Shown here one piece after another: positions 43,234 to 52,986 of a stretch of 64,000 nucleotides of DNA. The position numbers and the translations under genes were made by a program. The stretch is from Dehalococcoidales bacterium (GTDB lineage: Bacteria; Chloroflexota; Dehalococcoidia; Dehalococcoidales; RBG-16-60-22). Under the pieces are notes generated by a model, which searched no databases, was not told where the DNA came from, and worked only from the letters and a program-made list of their open reading frames with translations. The stretch lies in NCBI GenBank assembly GCA_050018395.1, contig JBEKAC010000005.1, positions 4,794 to 68,793 on the forward strand. Direction: 5' to 3'. The stretch's first letter is position 1. Each line of letters begins with the position of its first letter.

Positions 43234-44970
43234 CTAGTCCTTTTTACTTGTCGATAAATTCTCCTCGACTATGCCTTGTGCCGGCTGTTCGTAGACATAC
43301 CTCTTGCCCCGCACCCAGGAAACCGCCGCCGCGATCAAACAGATTATCAGCGAAAACATCAATACTAACGTCAAACCATGGTGGAAGGGCGCCATGATGA
43401 GTTGAGGGAAAAAGGAGCGGCTCGTCAATTGTTGCGCCGCACCGGCGGGCAGCGAATTCAAAACCTGTGGACCCAGCAGGGTGCCCATGGGATTGTAACC
43501 CAGGAGCGCGGCAAAAAGGTAACCCATCGGTGGCATGTGGGCGATCTGTGACGCCGCCGCAGTGGGAACACTGTGTTGTACTAAACCGGAATACATCACC
43601 GCCGGCAGGGTGGCACTGAGTCCGACGGTCATTAAGGAGAAAAACACGCCGTTGGAGAGCGGCTGACCGGAATTCCAGAAAGCGCTCCGCATGCCGGAAC
43701 CCACGCCGCGGCAATCGGCCGGCAGGCTATTCATGACGGCGGCGTTATTCGGCGCGCCAAAAAGACCGTTCCCTAACCCCATGAGAACCAATATAAGCGC
43801 AAACTGCCAGTAAACAAAATTGACCGGTAAAAATATGAAGAGTGCGAAGCCTATGGTCACTAATATCATTCCCCCCATGGTAAACAGCCGGGCGCCAAAC
43901 CGGTCGGAAAGATAACCGGCGAGGGGGCCGGCAATCAAAAAACCGGCAGTTTGCGGCAACATGCAAATGCCGGCCCAGAGCGGAGTAACCTCAAAACTAA
44001 AGCCGTGAAGCGGCAGCCAGATACCCTGCAACCAGATGCTCACCATGAATTGCATGCCGCCGCTGGCCATCGCAGAAAGCAAACCCGCGATGCTGCCGGT
44101 GGTAAAAGCCCGGATACGGAAGAGGTCTATCTTAAACATCGGGTCTTTGACACGTTGTTCGATAATCACAAAAAGCGCTAAAACCGCGATACCGCCGAGG
44201 AGCATGGCTAAAACGAAAGGCGTGTCCCATGATGTGCTGGAAGTGTGCGAGGGTTGAATTCCGTAGGTGACGCCGATAAGGATCATCGTCAAACCGGCCG
44301 CGAACGTAAGATTGCCTAGCCAGTCGATTTTAGATTTCTTATGAATGCCAATTTCACGTAGCTGGAGATAAGCCCAGATCGTGCCGGCCACGGCGACCGG
44401 TATACTGGCGCGGAAAACCCAGCGCCAGCCAACCTCGGCCAGCAGACCGCCGGCGACGATGCCGATCATACTGCCGCCGATGAAGGCGATTTGATTGATG
44501 CCCATGGCAAAACCGCGCTGGTTGGGGGGAAAGGCATCGGTCAGAATGGCCATCGAATTCGCAAAAAGGCAGGCCCCCCCGATCGCCTGGACGGCCCGAA
44601 AGATAATCAGCTGCATCGCTCCCGCCGGCCCTGTGCTCCAGGTAAATGAAAGCAGAATCGAGCCCACGCTGAAGATGACAAAACCGAGGTTATAAATCCG
44701 GACACGGCCGAACATATCGCCGATACGCCCCAGCGTCACGATGAGCACTGCCAGGACGAGCGTATAACCTGTGATTATCCAGAGTAGGTAAGCCGAACTC
44801 TCGGGAGATAGTGGATTTAGATTAATGCCCCGGAATATCGCCGGGAGAGCAATCATGACGCAGGTGCCGTCGAGGGCGACCATGAATCCACCGAGTGTCG
44901 TATTCGATAAAGCGATCCATTTATAATTCTTTCCTACTGGTTTCTTCTGAATCGAAGTCAGGATAGACAT
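43234..44970 (-). CDS. MFS transporter, 14-TMS DHA2/EmrB-like
   Basis: 578 aa; GRIGDMFGRVRIY motif A-like loop; many TM segments. Confidence 0.85.
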   Translation of the reverse strand: MSILTSIQKKPVGKNYKWIALSNTTLGGFMVALDGTCVMIALPAIFRGINLNPLSPESSAYLLWIITGYTLVLAVLIVTLGRIGDMFGRVRIYNLGFVIFSVGSILLSFTWSTGPAGAMQLIIFRAVQAIGGACLFANSMAILTDAFPPNQRGFAMGINQIAFIGGSMIGIVAGGLLAEVGWRWVFRASIPVAVAGTIWAYLQLREIGIHKKSKIDWLGNLTFAAGLTMILIGVTYGIQPSHTSSTSWDTPFVLAMLLGGIAVLALFVIIEQRVKDPMFKIDLFRIRAFTTGSIAGLLSAMASGGMQFMVSIWLQGIWLPLHGFSFEVTPLWAGICMLPQTAGFLIAGPLAGYLSDRFGARLFTMGGMILVTIGFALFIFLPVNFVYWQFALILVLMGLGNGLFGAPNNAAVMNSLPADCRGVGSGMRSAFWNSGQPLSNGVFFSLMTVGLSATLPAVMYSGLVQHSVPTAAASQIAHMPPMGYLFAALLGYNPMGTLLGPQVLNSLPAGAAQQLTSRSFFPQLIMAPFHHGLTLVLMFSLIICLIAAAVSWVRGKRYVYEQPAQGIVEENLSTSKKD

Positions 44971-45113
44971 GATTTGAAAAACTTCTCATACCACATAAAC
45001 TTCTGCTGGAAACTACATTCTCCTTCCGCGCTGCATTCGTGCTATTCTTGAAAATTATACCCCTTTATGGCGTACAACAACAAAAACAGGATTTAAGTAA
45101 GGACTCACGCTTT

Positions 45114-45153
45114 CTCCCAAAAAGGAAAGCCTCCCGAAATTGAGAGGCTTTCC
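45114..45153 (-). terminator. rho-independent terminator after the ABC-2 permease
   Basis: Minus strand reads ggaaagcctc...gaggctttcc followed by tttttggg. Confidence 0.6.
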
Positions 45154-45180
45154 TATCATTACATCCGAGCAAAAAGTTGT

Positions 45181-45924
45181 TTATTCCCAGCGGAAGACTT
45201 TGAGGGATATCAGGTAACTCACTACTACCCAGAGCGCGATGACCACCAGGTGTCGCCACACATCCCCGATGCCGGCGTGCTCGTAAAGCACCTGCCGCAG
45301 AGCGGTGCTCATCTGGGCCGATGGTAAAGCGTTAGCGATGGGTTCCAACGCTTTAGGCAGCATGCTATTCGGGAAAAAGACCCCGCCCAGGAACATCATG
45401 ATGAAATAGGTCATCTGGGTAACGGGCGTTGAAGTTCGCGCCGTCTTCATCAGCCCGGTTAAGGCGAATCCAATACTCATAAAACATAACGCGCCGGCGC
45501 TTAAAATCAGCCAGAAGAGAAGCGGGTTGCCGGATATTTTTACATTGAAAATATAAATTCCCACGCCCACCAGCAGCAGTGTCTGCACGATAATTACCAG
45601 GTAGTGCTGCAGCAGGTGGCTGGCGATGAGCGTCTCTCTTTTCAGCGGCGTCAGCGACAGGCGGCGGTAAATCCCTTTCTCCCGCTCCTGGACAAAGCCG
45701 GTAGACGTGCGCATGATGCCGGTGACCATCGCTCCCATGACGATGATGCCCGGCATGAGAAAGTCCACCGACCTCATATTCATGCCGCTCCAGCTGGAGT
45801 TGCCGTAAATTACTCCGAAGAGCACCATGAAGAGAATCGGGAAAGCCAGCGTCCACAATAGCTCATCTTTTCTTCTAAGGAATAGTTTGGTCTCGATGGC
45901 GGTCTGTCTCAATAATGCGGTCAT
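45181..45924 (-). CDS. ABC-2 type transporter permease
   Basis: 247 aa with 6 predicted TM segments; follows the ATPase with a 9-nt gap. Confidence 0.8.
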   Translation of the reverse strand: MTALLRQTAIETKLFLRRKDELLWTLAFPILFMVLFGVIYGNSSWSGMNMRSVDFLMPGIIVMGAMVTGIMRTSTGFVQEREKGIYRRLSLTPLKRETLIASHLLQHYLVIIVQTLLLVGVGIYIFNVKISGNPLLFWLILSAGALCFMSIGFALTGLMKTARTSTPVTQMTYFIMMFLGGVFFPNSMLPKALEPIANALPSAQMSTALRQVLYEHAGIGDVWRHLVVIALWVVVSYLISLKVFRWE

Positions 45925-45933
45925 TGTTCACTC

Positions 45934-46851
45934 CTACTCTCTTAATTTCCGGCCCGTCATGGCGAGGAAAACATCTTCCAGCGTCACTTTGCGGACAGCG
46001 ATATTTTCCAGCTCGATGTTGTTTTCAAAGCAAAGGTTGGTAAGGTCTTTCAGTATCGATGCTACCTTGTGGGATTTTACCTCGTACTTATGGGCGCCGC
46101 CGTTGGCTACTTCCTTTAAGCCGGGTATACAGCTGCCGATGCCGTTCAGCCGCCGCGAGGTGGAAAATTCGATTGAAGTATCCAGTCCGGCCTGGTTTAT
46201 CAGGTTTTCCGGCGTGTCCATGGCGATGATTTTTCCGGCATCGATGATAGCCAGACGCTGGCAAAGGTGCTCCGCCTCTTCCATGTAATGCGTGGTCATT
46301 ACGATGGTTTTGCCGCGTTCCTGCAGCTTTTCCACGATGTTCCAGATGTTGTGCCGGGCCTGCGGGTCCAGGCCGGTGGTCGGCTCGTCCAGGAACAGCA
46401 CTTCAGGGTCGTTCACCAGCGCCAGTCCCACGCTCAAACGCTGTTTCTGCCCGCCGGAAAGTGCGCTTACGCGGCTTTCGCTCTTATCCGTAAGTGAAAT
46501 TTCTTCTAAAATCTCGGCCGTGGGCACGGATTTCCGGTAATACCCGCCGAAGAGGTCGATGGCTTCCCTCACGTGGATATTATCGTAGATACTGGTTGCC
46601 TGAAGCTGCACACCGATGACCTGTTTGATGCGGTCGGCTTCTTTCAACGCATCGATATTGCAGACTTTAATGCTCCCGCTGTCGGGCCTGCGGAGCCCCT
46701 CGATCATTTCCACGGTGGTGGTCTTGCCGGCGCCGTTTGGCCCCAGTATGCCGAACACCTCGCCCCGCGCCACGGCAAAACTAACACCGTTGACGGCGGT
46801 GACGTCGCCGTACTTTTTCGTAAGGTTGTCTACCTGGATAATATTCTGCAT
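45934..46851 (-). CDS. ABC transporter ATP-binding protein (DrrA/CcmA-like)
   Basis: GPNGAGKTTT Walker A, LSGGQKQRL signature, LFLDEPTTGLD Walker B; ATG 46851 with an aggagggg RBS. Confidence 0.9.
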   Translation of the reverse strand: MQNIIQVDNLTKKYGDVTAVNGVSFAVARGEVFGILGPNGAGKTTTVEMIEGLRRPDSGSIKVCNIDALKEADRIKQVIGVQLQATSIYDNIHVREAIDLFGGYYRKSVPTAEILEEISLTDKSESRVSALSGGQKQRLSVGLALVNDPEVLFLDEPTTGLDPQARHNIWNIVEKLQERGKTIVMTTHYMEEAEHLCQRLAIIDAGKIIAMDTPENLINQAGLDTSIEFSTSRRLNGIGSCIPGLKEVANGGAHKYEVKSHKVASILKDLTNLCFENNIELENIAVRKVTLEDVFLAMTGRKLRE

Positions 46852-46885
46852 GTGCCCCTCCTGTTTAATATTCATCTCCAGTATA

Positions 46886-46925
46886 AAAAGAAATCCCCCC
46901 GGTTTCGCCGTGCACCCGGGGGGAT
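46886..46925 (-). terminator. hairpin plus T-run between the response regulator and the ABC operon
   Basis: atccccccgg...ccggggggat stem; the minus strand is followed by tttcttttt. Confidence 0.5.
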
Positions 46926-46958
46926 TTTGGGCTGTTGAAGTAGATAGATTAAAACTGG

Positions 46959-47600
46959 TCAGCTGACCAGGTGGTGTTTGACGGCCAGCGCTACCGCTTC
47001 CGTCCGGCCCGTAACGCCGAGCTTGGAGAGGACGTTGCTGACGTGGAATTTTACCGTTGACTGGCTCACGAAGAGCCGCTCCGCGATTTCGGTATTCGAA
47101 AAGCCCTGCACCATTAAAGCCAGGATTTCTCTTTCACGTCCGGTCATGTCCTGGCCGGGTGGGGGCGGCTCGTTGACTTTTTGGATCAGCACCTGCGCCG
47201 CTTCCGGCGAAAGGCTCGGTTGCCCCGCCGCCGCCCGCCGGATAGCATTTACCAGCTCATCGGCGGAGACATTTTTAAGGAGGTAGCCGCTGGCCCCTGC
47301 CTTCAGCGCCCCTTCTACATATTCCTTTTCTTTGAAGCTGGTGAGAGCGATGACCTGGACGCGCGGCCAGCGCTCTTTAATGGTCCTGGTGGCCGTGACA
47401 CCGTCCATTTTAGGCATTACCAGGTCCATCAGCACGATGTCCGGCTGTAAATGCTCGCAGAGGCGGATGGCTTCCTCCCCGTCTCCCGCTTCGCCTACAA
47501 GTTGCATGTCGTCGTAAACCGCCAGGACGGTGCTCAAACCGCTGCGGACTACCATGTGATCGTCTACCAGCATAATGCGTATCGGCGTTGGTTGCGTCAT
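46959..47600 (-). CDS. NarL/LuxR-family response regulator
   Basis: IRIMLVDDH, DIVLMDLVMPKMDG, and a C-terminal LTGREREILALM...STVKFHVSNVLSKLG HTH; ATGA overlap with the kinase stop. Confidence 0.9.
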   Translation of the reverse strand: MTQPTPIRIMLVDDHMVVRSGLSTVLAVYDDMQLVGEAGDGEEAIRLCEHLQPDIVLMDLVMPKMDGVTATRTIKERWPRVQVIALTSFKEKEYVEGALKAGASGYLLKNVSADELVNAIRRAAAGQPSLSPEAAQVLIQKVNEPPPPGQDMTGREREILALMVQGFSNTEIAERLFVSQSTVKFHVSNVLSKLGVTGRTEAVALAVKHHLVS

Positions 47601-49120
47601 TGTTTGGCCTCCCCGGCATGATCGTGCCATGCCACGGTAATTTCCGTGCCCTGGTCTAGATTACTGCTAATATTTAACGCCGCGCCTATCTGGGCGGCGC
47701 GCTCTTTCATGTTATTCAACCCGAAGCTTCCCGTAGCTTCCCGGTTCATATCAAAACCATGCCCGTTATCGATGATATCCAGTGCGATTCCGTCCGACCG
47801 GCAATGTAACGTGACCTTTGCCCGGCTGGCACCGGACTGTTTGGCGATGTTATTCAGAGCTTCCTGGGCAATCCGGTATAGGGCGATTTTCACGTCGGTG
47901 GGGACTTCGCATGCGCCGTCTACCTCCAGCGCTACCGGCACCCGTGCTCGCCCGGTGACCGATTCCGCCAGCTGGCGCAGCAAATCGTTAAGGTCGGCAT
48001 CGGCTAAAGCCGCTGGCCGCAGCTCGAAAAGCAGGGTGCGCATCTCCGCCAGGGCGCCTCGCGTCTGTTGCCGCACTTCCTCGAGCTTTTTCAGTCCGTC
48101 CTCTTTGTTCCGCTCCCATACCCGCGGCAGTACCTCGGCAATGAGGCTGGTGGAAAAGAGCGTCTGGCTCACGGCGTCGTGCAGGTCGCGGGCAAGCCGC
48201 GTACGCTCCTCGACGGCTGTTTTTTCCTTTATCTCGTTGGCGGCTATTTCTTCCGCTTTCTTCTGCTGCGTACGGTCGATGCCGGTGCACAAAATTTCTT
48301 TCAGGTTATTTTCCTCATCCATTATGGGCTTGTAAGCCCAGGCTATCCAGACTTTCCGGCCGTCTTTGCGCACATTTTCGGTTTCACTATGCAGGTAGCT
48401 TTCCGGCGCGGTCAGGATGTTGCGCATCATGTTTTCCAGGTCGACGGCGGCCGCCGCTTCGGGCGCCACAATTGTCCCCACGGCATTATGTCCCAGTATC
48501 TCCCCCTCCTGAAACCCGAAAAAGTTCAACGCGAATTTATTGATGAAAGTGATGTTGCCTGTGGTGCCCATTTCCATGATAACGCTGTTGGCGTTATCGA
48601 TAATATGGCGGTATTTGACCTCGCTCTCGCGCAGGGTTTCCTGGGTAAGACGCCGCCTCGTGATCTCCCGCTGTAAAAATACAGAAATAAAGATTACGGC
48701 CACGCCGGCCAGGACCAGTGTTAGCGGCCACCATGAGTTTAAGTTGAAAAAGAATCCCAACCCGACGAACAGCAAAATGAATCCGGGTATAATCCTGCCG
48801 ATGATATGGGGACGCAGGGAGGGAGAGAAATAGTAGACCCCTGCCTGGATGATGAAAATTATCCCCAGCCCCAGCACGAACCCTTTCCATAGCTCGTCGG
48901 TAGCCAAATGGTGCTGCTGGTAAAGGAAAATCAGGATCGCCCAGAGGATCAATATCAGTCCCCAGAACAGGTACCGCATCGGCGGGGTCTGGATTTTTCT
49001 CCGGGCTTTTCTCTGGCGCCTCAGTTCCAGGCGTACCCGCCGCAGTTCACGGTACGTGTGGCGGGTATATCTGTCTTCGGAATCTTCTTCCGGATTATTG
49101 ATGTACTTGTCTTCAGGCAT
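47597..49120 (-). CDS. sensor histidine kinase (4-TM sensor, PAS, HisKA_3, HATPase)
   Basis: 507 aa; LARDLHDAVSQTL H-box, EALNNIAKQS N-box, DNGHGF/GSFGLNNMKERA G-boxes. Confidence 0.85.
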   Translation of the reverse strand: MPEDKYINNPEEDSEDRYTRHTYRELRRVRLELRRQRKARRKIQTPPMRYLFWGLILILWAILIFLYQQHHLATDELWKGFVLGLGIIFIIQAGVYYFSPSLRPHIIGRIIPGFILLFVGLGFFFNLNSWWPLTLVLAGVAVIFISVFLQREITRRRLTQETLRESEVKYRHIIDNANSVIMEMGTTGNITFINKFALNFFGFQEGEILGHNAVGTIVAPEAAAAVDLENMMRNILTAPESYLHSETENVRKDGRKVWIAWAYKPIMDEENNLKEILCTGIDRTQQKKAEEIAANEIKEKTAVEERTRLARDLHDAVSQTLFSTSLIAEVLPRVWERNKEDGLKKLEEVRQQTRGALAEMRTLLFELRPAALADADLNDLLRQLAESVTGRARVPVALEVDGACEVPTDVKIALYRIAQEALNNIAKQSGASRAKVTLHCRSDGIALDIIDNGHGFDMNREATGSFGLNNMKERAAQIGAALNISSNLDQGTEITVAWHDHAGEAKQ

Positions 49121-49171
49121 TTCAGGCCACCAATTTCTCTTTCCGGCAAGGTAATTATAACATCTAGAGAT

Positions 49172-49630
49172 TTAGGATGACACACTCTGCCAGCGCCAGA
49201 AGAAACGCAGCAGGAAAGCCCCGCCGGCCACTATCAATACCACTGGCCACCATTGGCTGACTCCGGCGAGCAATAGCGCCCCGATAAGGATAAGGATTGT
49301 GCCGCAGACGAACTTTCCCCAGCTGGCCCATCTATAGGCCGGGTGGCGATAATGCATGATCCCGTTCAATATCGAGATTGCGCCTAACCCGATGAGCAGG
49401 GACTGCCACCAGGCATCTCCGGTGAGGTGCCCCGTCTGGTTGAGCAGGAACAAAACGCCCAGCAGGACGAGTGTCATGCCCATGAAAAAACCGTGGAACG
49501 GCCACCGGTGTCTTTGTTCTCTCATTTCCTGCCGCATTCTCCAGCGTTCCTCCCGCCAGTCATGGTAAGCAGAGTCTTGATTTTGCTGCTTCTTTTCTCC
49601 GGCTGTATTTTCCTGACGATTGTTTTCCAT
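49172..49630 (-). CDS. membrane protein paralogous to the kinase sensor domain (LiaF/LiaI-like role?)
   Basis: 152 aa; LNQTGHLTGDAWWQSLLIGLGAISILNG...WWPVVLIVAGGAFL aligns with kinase residues ~55-150. Confidence 0.6.
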   Translation of the reverse strand: MENNRQENTAGEKKQQNQDSAYHDWREERWRMRQEMREQRHRWPFHGFFMGMTLVLLGVLFLLNQTGHLTGDAWWQSLLIGLGAISILNGIMHYRHPAYRWASWGKFVCGTILILIGALLLAGVSQWWPVVLIVAGGAFLLRFFWRWQSVSS

Positions 49631-50051
49631 TTTCGCCTCCTTTTTCTGAGTTTGGTTGACTCTTTAATTTAAGTTTATAAGGCATTACGTCAAAATACGC
49701 TGGGCATCAGGGTGAATAATTATTGGTTAGTAGTTGGGTTTTTTACTGGTCAGGTGGGCAGGAAGATTGGCGTTTTAAGACTGTTATGAAGAACAATTAC
49801 GATCAAGGCGTAAAATGTAAGTTCTTTCTTCCGGCATGGTCAGGCCGTGAGTTTATTGGAACTTGGAATAAAGGATATAAAATTCCCTTCAATAAAAATC
49901 TATTGGGATCTCGAATTAACCGGAGCTTACAGACCATGGGAGAGCTTAGAAAGCAAGCGTTCGTTTTTCAAAGAGCTCAATGAACTCCGGAAGCCTGGTC
50001 CTTTGAGGTAAAAGCATCTAGGTGATATTTCCTTTTTAGGTGTTTAGAGTG

Positions 50052-51287
50052 CTACTGGCTGGGTGAGAACTGCGCCGTCCAGAGCATCTGCCTCGCCGTG
50101 GGGTTGGCTGCCGAGGGGGTTGACATTATTGAGATATAGTCACCGGCGGTAAAGCTCACCGAGTGAGTGAGGTCGGAGCCCGTGGTATTTGTGCCCGAGA
50201 TAGTGCAGGTCACGGTTGTATCGGCGCCATTCTTGCGGACAACGAAAGTATACCAATGATTAGTACCGGGGCTTCCATTCAGAGTGACATAGAAGTTAGA
50301 CAAGGTGCCGGCTACTGGCATGAGCTGCTGATTCTCCCCCTCAACAGTGCTTCGATTGGACTCGAACATGGGCACGTAGTTGATCGAAGACCCTTGAAGG
50401 TTGACGCTGCCGGTGCCGCCGCCGATGATTAATACTGGCGCAGAAACGTACTCGGTACTTAACCGGATCATACCAGCATACAAAGCATCCGTGATTACTT
50501 CTCCCCCGGGAAAGTATATTTGCCTTGTTGCCGTGCTTGTTATTATAATCTTGCTTTGCGTCTGGTTAACCGATACCGATGTCGCCGCGGTGCCCGTCCC
50601 GGCCAGAAGCTTTGCCCAGACTGCCGGATAAAGCGTATCCATGGTAATTACAACTGATTTAACCCTGGAGGAGCCCGGAGATTGGGAGAGCGGTTTTAAC
50701 GCTATCGCCTCCGTTTCCATAGATGAAGATGCCGTCAAATAACCGGTCAAAACCGGTAAATAAATCTCATCGCCTACGATTAGCGATTGCTCGTCCGTGG
50801 TGGCACTAGCGTTCCCGTAATCCCTGATTATTATTCCGTGTTCATAGACCAGCCTGGGGCTGTCAATAGTGCCCTGCACCTCATAACTTATACGGTTGGA
50901 GGTATAATTCTGGGTAATCACCGGGTTCCCGGGGGCGTCGATAGTATATGCGATACTAACCGCCACATTATCCGAGGTCAGTGAGCCGGCCACCCCGGTG
51001 CCCGGATTCGCCAGGAACACCCGGTTGGGATATCGTACTCCCATATGGATATTGCTGGACTTTGGTTCTCCAGATAAAGCTACATCCTCCACGTCGGATT
51101 TGAAGGTCATCATGTCATCGTGGGCCGCGTTGAGATGCGCATATTCTACATCCTTATTCCAGTCAGGCACGAGGAAAACCTGCAAAGTGCCCCATATTGC
51201 CGCCGCAACCAGCAACAATATCATGGCGCCGATAACCTCAGAGACCCCTCTTTCCTCTCGGCACCGGCGGCTAATTCCAGTTCTCAT
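50052..51287 (-). CDS. large pilin-like protein with an archaeal class III signal peptide
   Basis: N-terminus ...RCREERGVSEVIGAMILLLVAAAIWG; ATGA overlap with the upstream gene favours ATG 51287 (ORF-track TTG at 51296). Confidence 0.6.
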   Translation of the reverse strand: MRTGISRRCREERGVSEVIGAMILLLVAAAIWGTLQVFLVPDWNKDVEYAHLNAAHDDMMTFKSDVEDVALSGEPKSSNIHMGVRYPNRVFLANPGTGVAGSLTSDNVAVSIAYTIDAPGNPVITQNYTSNRISYEVQGTIDSPRLVYEHGIIIRDYGNASATTDEQSLIVGDEIYLPVLTGYLTASSSMETEAIALKPLSQSPGSSRVKSVVITMDTLYPAVWAKLLAGTGTAATSVSVNQTQSKIIITSTATRQIYFPGGEVITDALYAGMIRLSTEYVSAPVLIIGGGTGSVNLQGSSINYVPMFESNRSTVEGENQQLMPVAGTLSNFYVTLNGSPGTNHWYTFVVRKNGADTTVTCTISGTNTTGSDLTHSVSFTAGDYISIMSTPSAANPTARQMLWTAQFSPSQ

Positions 51288-52063
51288 CCTGGCCAAGCCT
51301 CCCGGAGCACTCTAACCAATCTGCCAAGCATATTCTCTTCCCGGCTGCGGAATATGAAATCAGCAAAAAGAGCCACCACTCCCGCCAGGAAGACGGCATC
51401 CAGGACACTACCGCCGCCTACTGACACCATGGTAGGCTTCCCCCAATCATGGTTGGCCAGCTTGTGCAGGTTAAGGAGGTCGGCTCCAATCAGCACCCCG
51501 ATTGTGGCTCCGGCGTAGGCCAGAAGAGCCGTATTTAGATTGCCCAGCCCTTTCATTCTCCGGAACATGAAGGCAATCCCCGACGCCAGAATCGGCGGGA
51601 TGGTAAAAAGGAAGACTACCACGCCCAGCCCGGGCTGAATAAAGGTATAGAGATAGGTTACCGCCGCAATAATGACCGCAAGGAGGCAAAACTGCTTCCA
51701 CGGGATACGCTTATATACCAGCATATTCAGCGTAATCATGGCGGGGATGAAAAAGCCCACCGCGTTGACCCCGATGACGATGTGACCGAGTTGAAAGATT
51801 GGCACATCGAACACCTTTGCCGTGTTGAACACAGCGCCGAATATGCCACCCGTAACCCCGTTGATAGCGCTGCCCACCACGGGCAGGGCGGCGAAATATG
51901 TAAATAGCGGAAAGACCACCAGCAATATCACCTCTACCAGTGTGAATCCGGCCACATGAAGGTAGAATCCCAGTAGTGCAGCCAGGATAAAAATAAAAAA
52001 TATCAGGACGAAGATAAGAACGCCGATACCGAATAGCCCCACCATCTCCTCCGGTGTGAACAA
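51284..52063 (-). CDS. polytopic membrane protein (DUF1614-like?) in the pilus locus
   Basis: 259 aa with about 7 TM segments; start is ambiguous (TTG 52063 or ATG 52045). Confidence 0.5.
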   Translation of the reverse strand: MFTPEEMVGLFGIGVLIFVLIFFIFILAALLGFYLHVAGFTLVEVILLVVFPLFTYFAALPVVGSAINGVTGGIFGAVFNTAKVFDVPIFQLGHIVIGVNAVGFFIPAMITLNMLVYKRIPWKQFCLLAVIIAAVTYLYTFIQPGLGVVVFLFTIPPILASGIAFMFRRMKGLGNLNTALLAYAGATIGVLIGADLLNLHKLANHDWGKPTMVSVGGGSVLDAVFLAGVVALFADFIFRSREENMLGRLVRVLREAWPG

Positions 52064-52064
52064 C

Positions 52065-52985
52065 TTACATCAACAAGGTATAGGCAATGACTGCCACAAT
52101 GATAAACAAAACCGAGTGCTTGAGGCCGGCCACAACTTTTCCTTCAGCCATCTTTCCGGTAACAATACCGGCAAAAAAGCCCTGTATCACCAGCGCATGG
52201 AAGAATAGCATATTATATCGGGATAAATCTGCATCGGAAACGGCAAACTTATTCATCCCACTCGGCAGGGCTGTGCCGGAAGTGACTATAGACGCCTGCT
52301 TCATCATGGGCAGAAAGACGTAGCTCATAATCATTATCACCGCCAGGAAAACGAAGTAGCTGACATAACAGACCATAAGGTACGGCTTGGTTTCCGAGTT
52401 TCTTCTCTTTTCCAGGGCTTTTGTCTCCTCCACGTCGGTGGCAACACCCTCCAGTATCTGACTTAACTGGCCACCCATCCTGGATGCCTCGATGAGGGTA
52501 AACACTGTTCTGCGGATAAGCACCGTGGGGTATTTCTTGGCGAATTGAATCAAAGCATCATCAAAAGAAATACCCCATGAAATAGAATTATCCATCTGCT
52601 TGATAGCCCTGGTAAGCGCGCCATACTGCCCTCCCGCAGCCATGCTCATCGCCCCCTTTAGAGTCATCCCGGATTTTACGGATAGGCTGATATCGCGTAT
52701 CATGGCCGGAAACTCTGCCTCCAGCTTGCTTATTTTTCTCGTATCATAGAAGCTGAAAAAACCGGGAGGAATGATAATCAGGAGAAAGGCCAGAATCACG
52801 ATGTTCATCGGGTTCATGCCCATGTAGAAGGCAATAACGGCACAAACCATAGCAATCACGCCCGAGATAACATACAGCAAATACCGTCTTTCTCTTATTG
52901 TAGGCAGTGGAGATTCAAGGAACTGCTGCCAGGTGGACTTACTTCGGCGGCGTTCCAGTATATCAAGAACCATATCCCTGTTCAT
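52065..52985 (-). CDS. type II secretion system F-domain membrane protein (FlaJ/TadC-like half)
   Basis: 306 aa; T2SSF-like cytoplasmic domain flanked by TM segments. Confidence 0.75.
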   Translation of the reverse strand: MNRDMVLDILERRRSKSTWQQFLESPLPTIRERRYLLYVISGVIAMVCAVIAFYMGMNPMNIVILAFLLIIIPPGFFSFYDTRKISKLEAEFPAMIRDISLSVKSGMTLKGAMSMAAGGQYGALTRAIKQMDNSISWGISFDDALIQFAKKYPTVLIRRTVFTLIEASRMGGQLSQILEGVATDVEETKALEKRRNSETKPYLMVCYVSYFVFLAVIMIMSYVFLPMMKQASIVTSGTALPSGMNKFAVSDADLSRYNMLFFHALVIQGFFAGIVTGKMAEGKVVAGLKHSVLFIIVAVIAYTLLM

Positions 52986-52986
52986 A

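Noticed and set aside
43244-43714. 156-aa minus-strand ORF in another frame of the MFS gene
   Set aside because: It overlaps the 578-aa MFS transporter frame, which has coherent TM segments. The alternate frame is Arg/Gly/Pro-rich noise.
49723-49983. 86-aa plus-strand ORF in the spacer between the TCS module and the pilus locus
   Set aside because: It has a TTG start, no RBS, odd composition and no family. It is probably non-coding AT-rich spacer.
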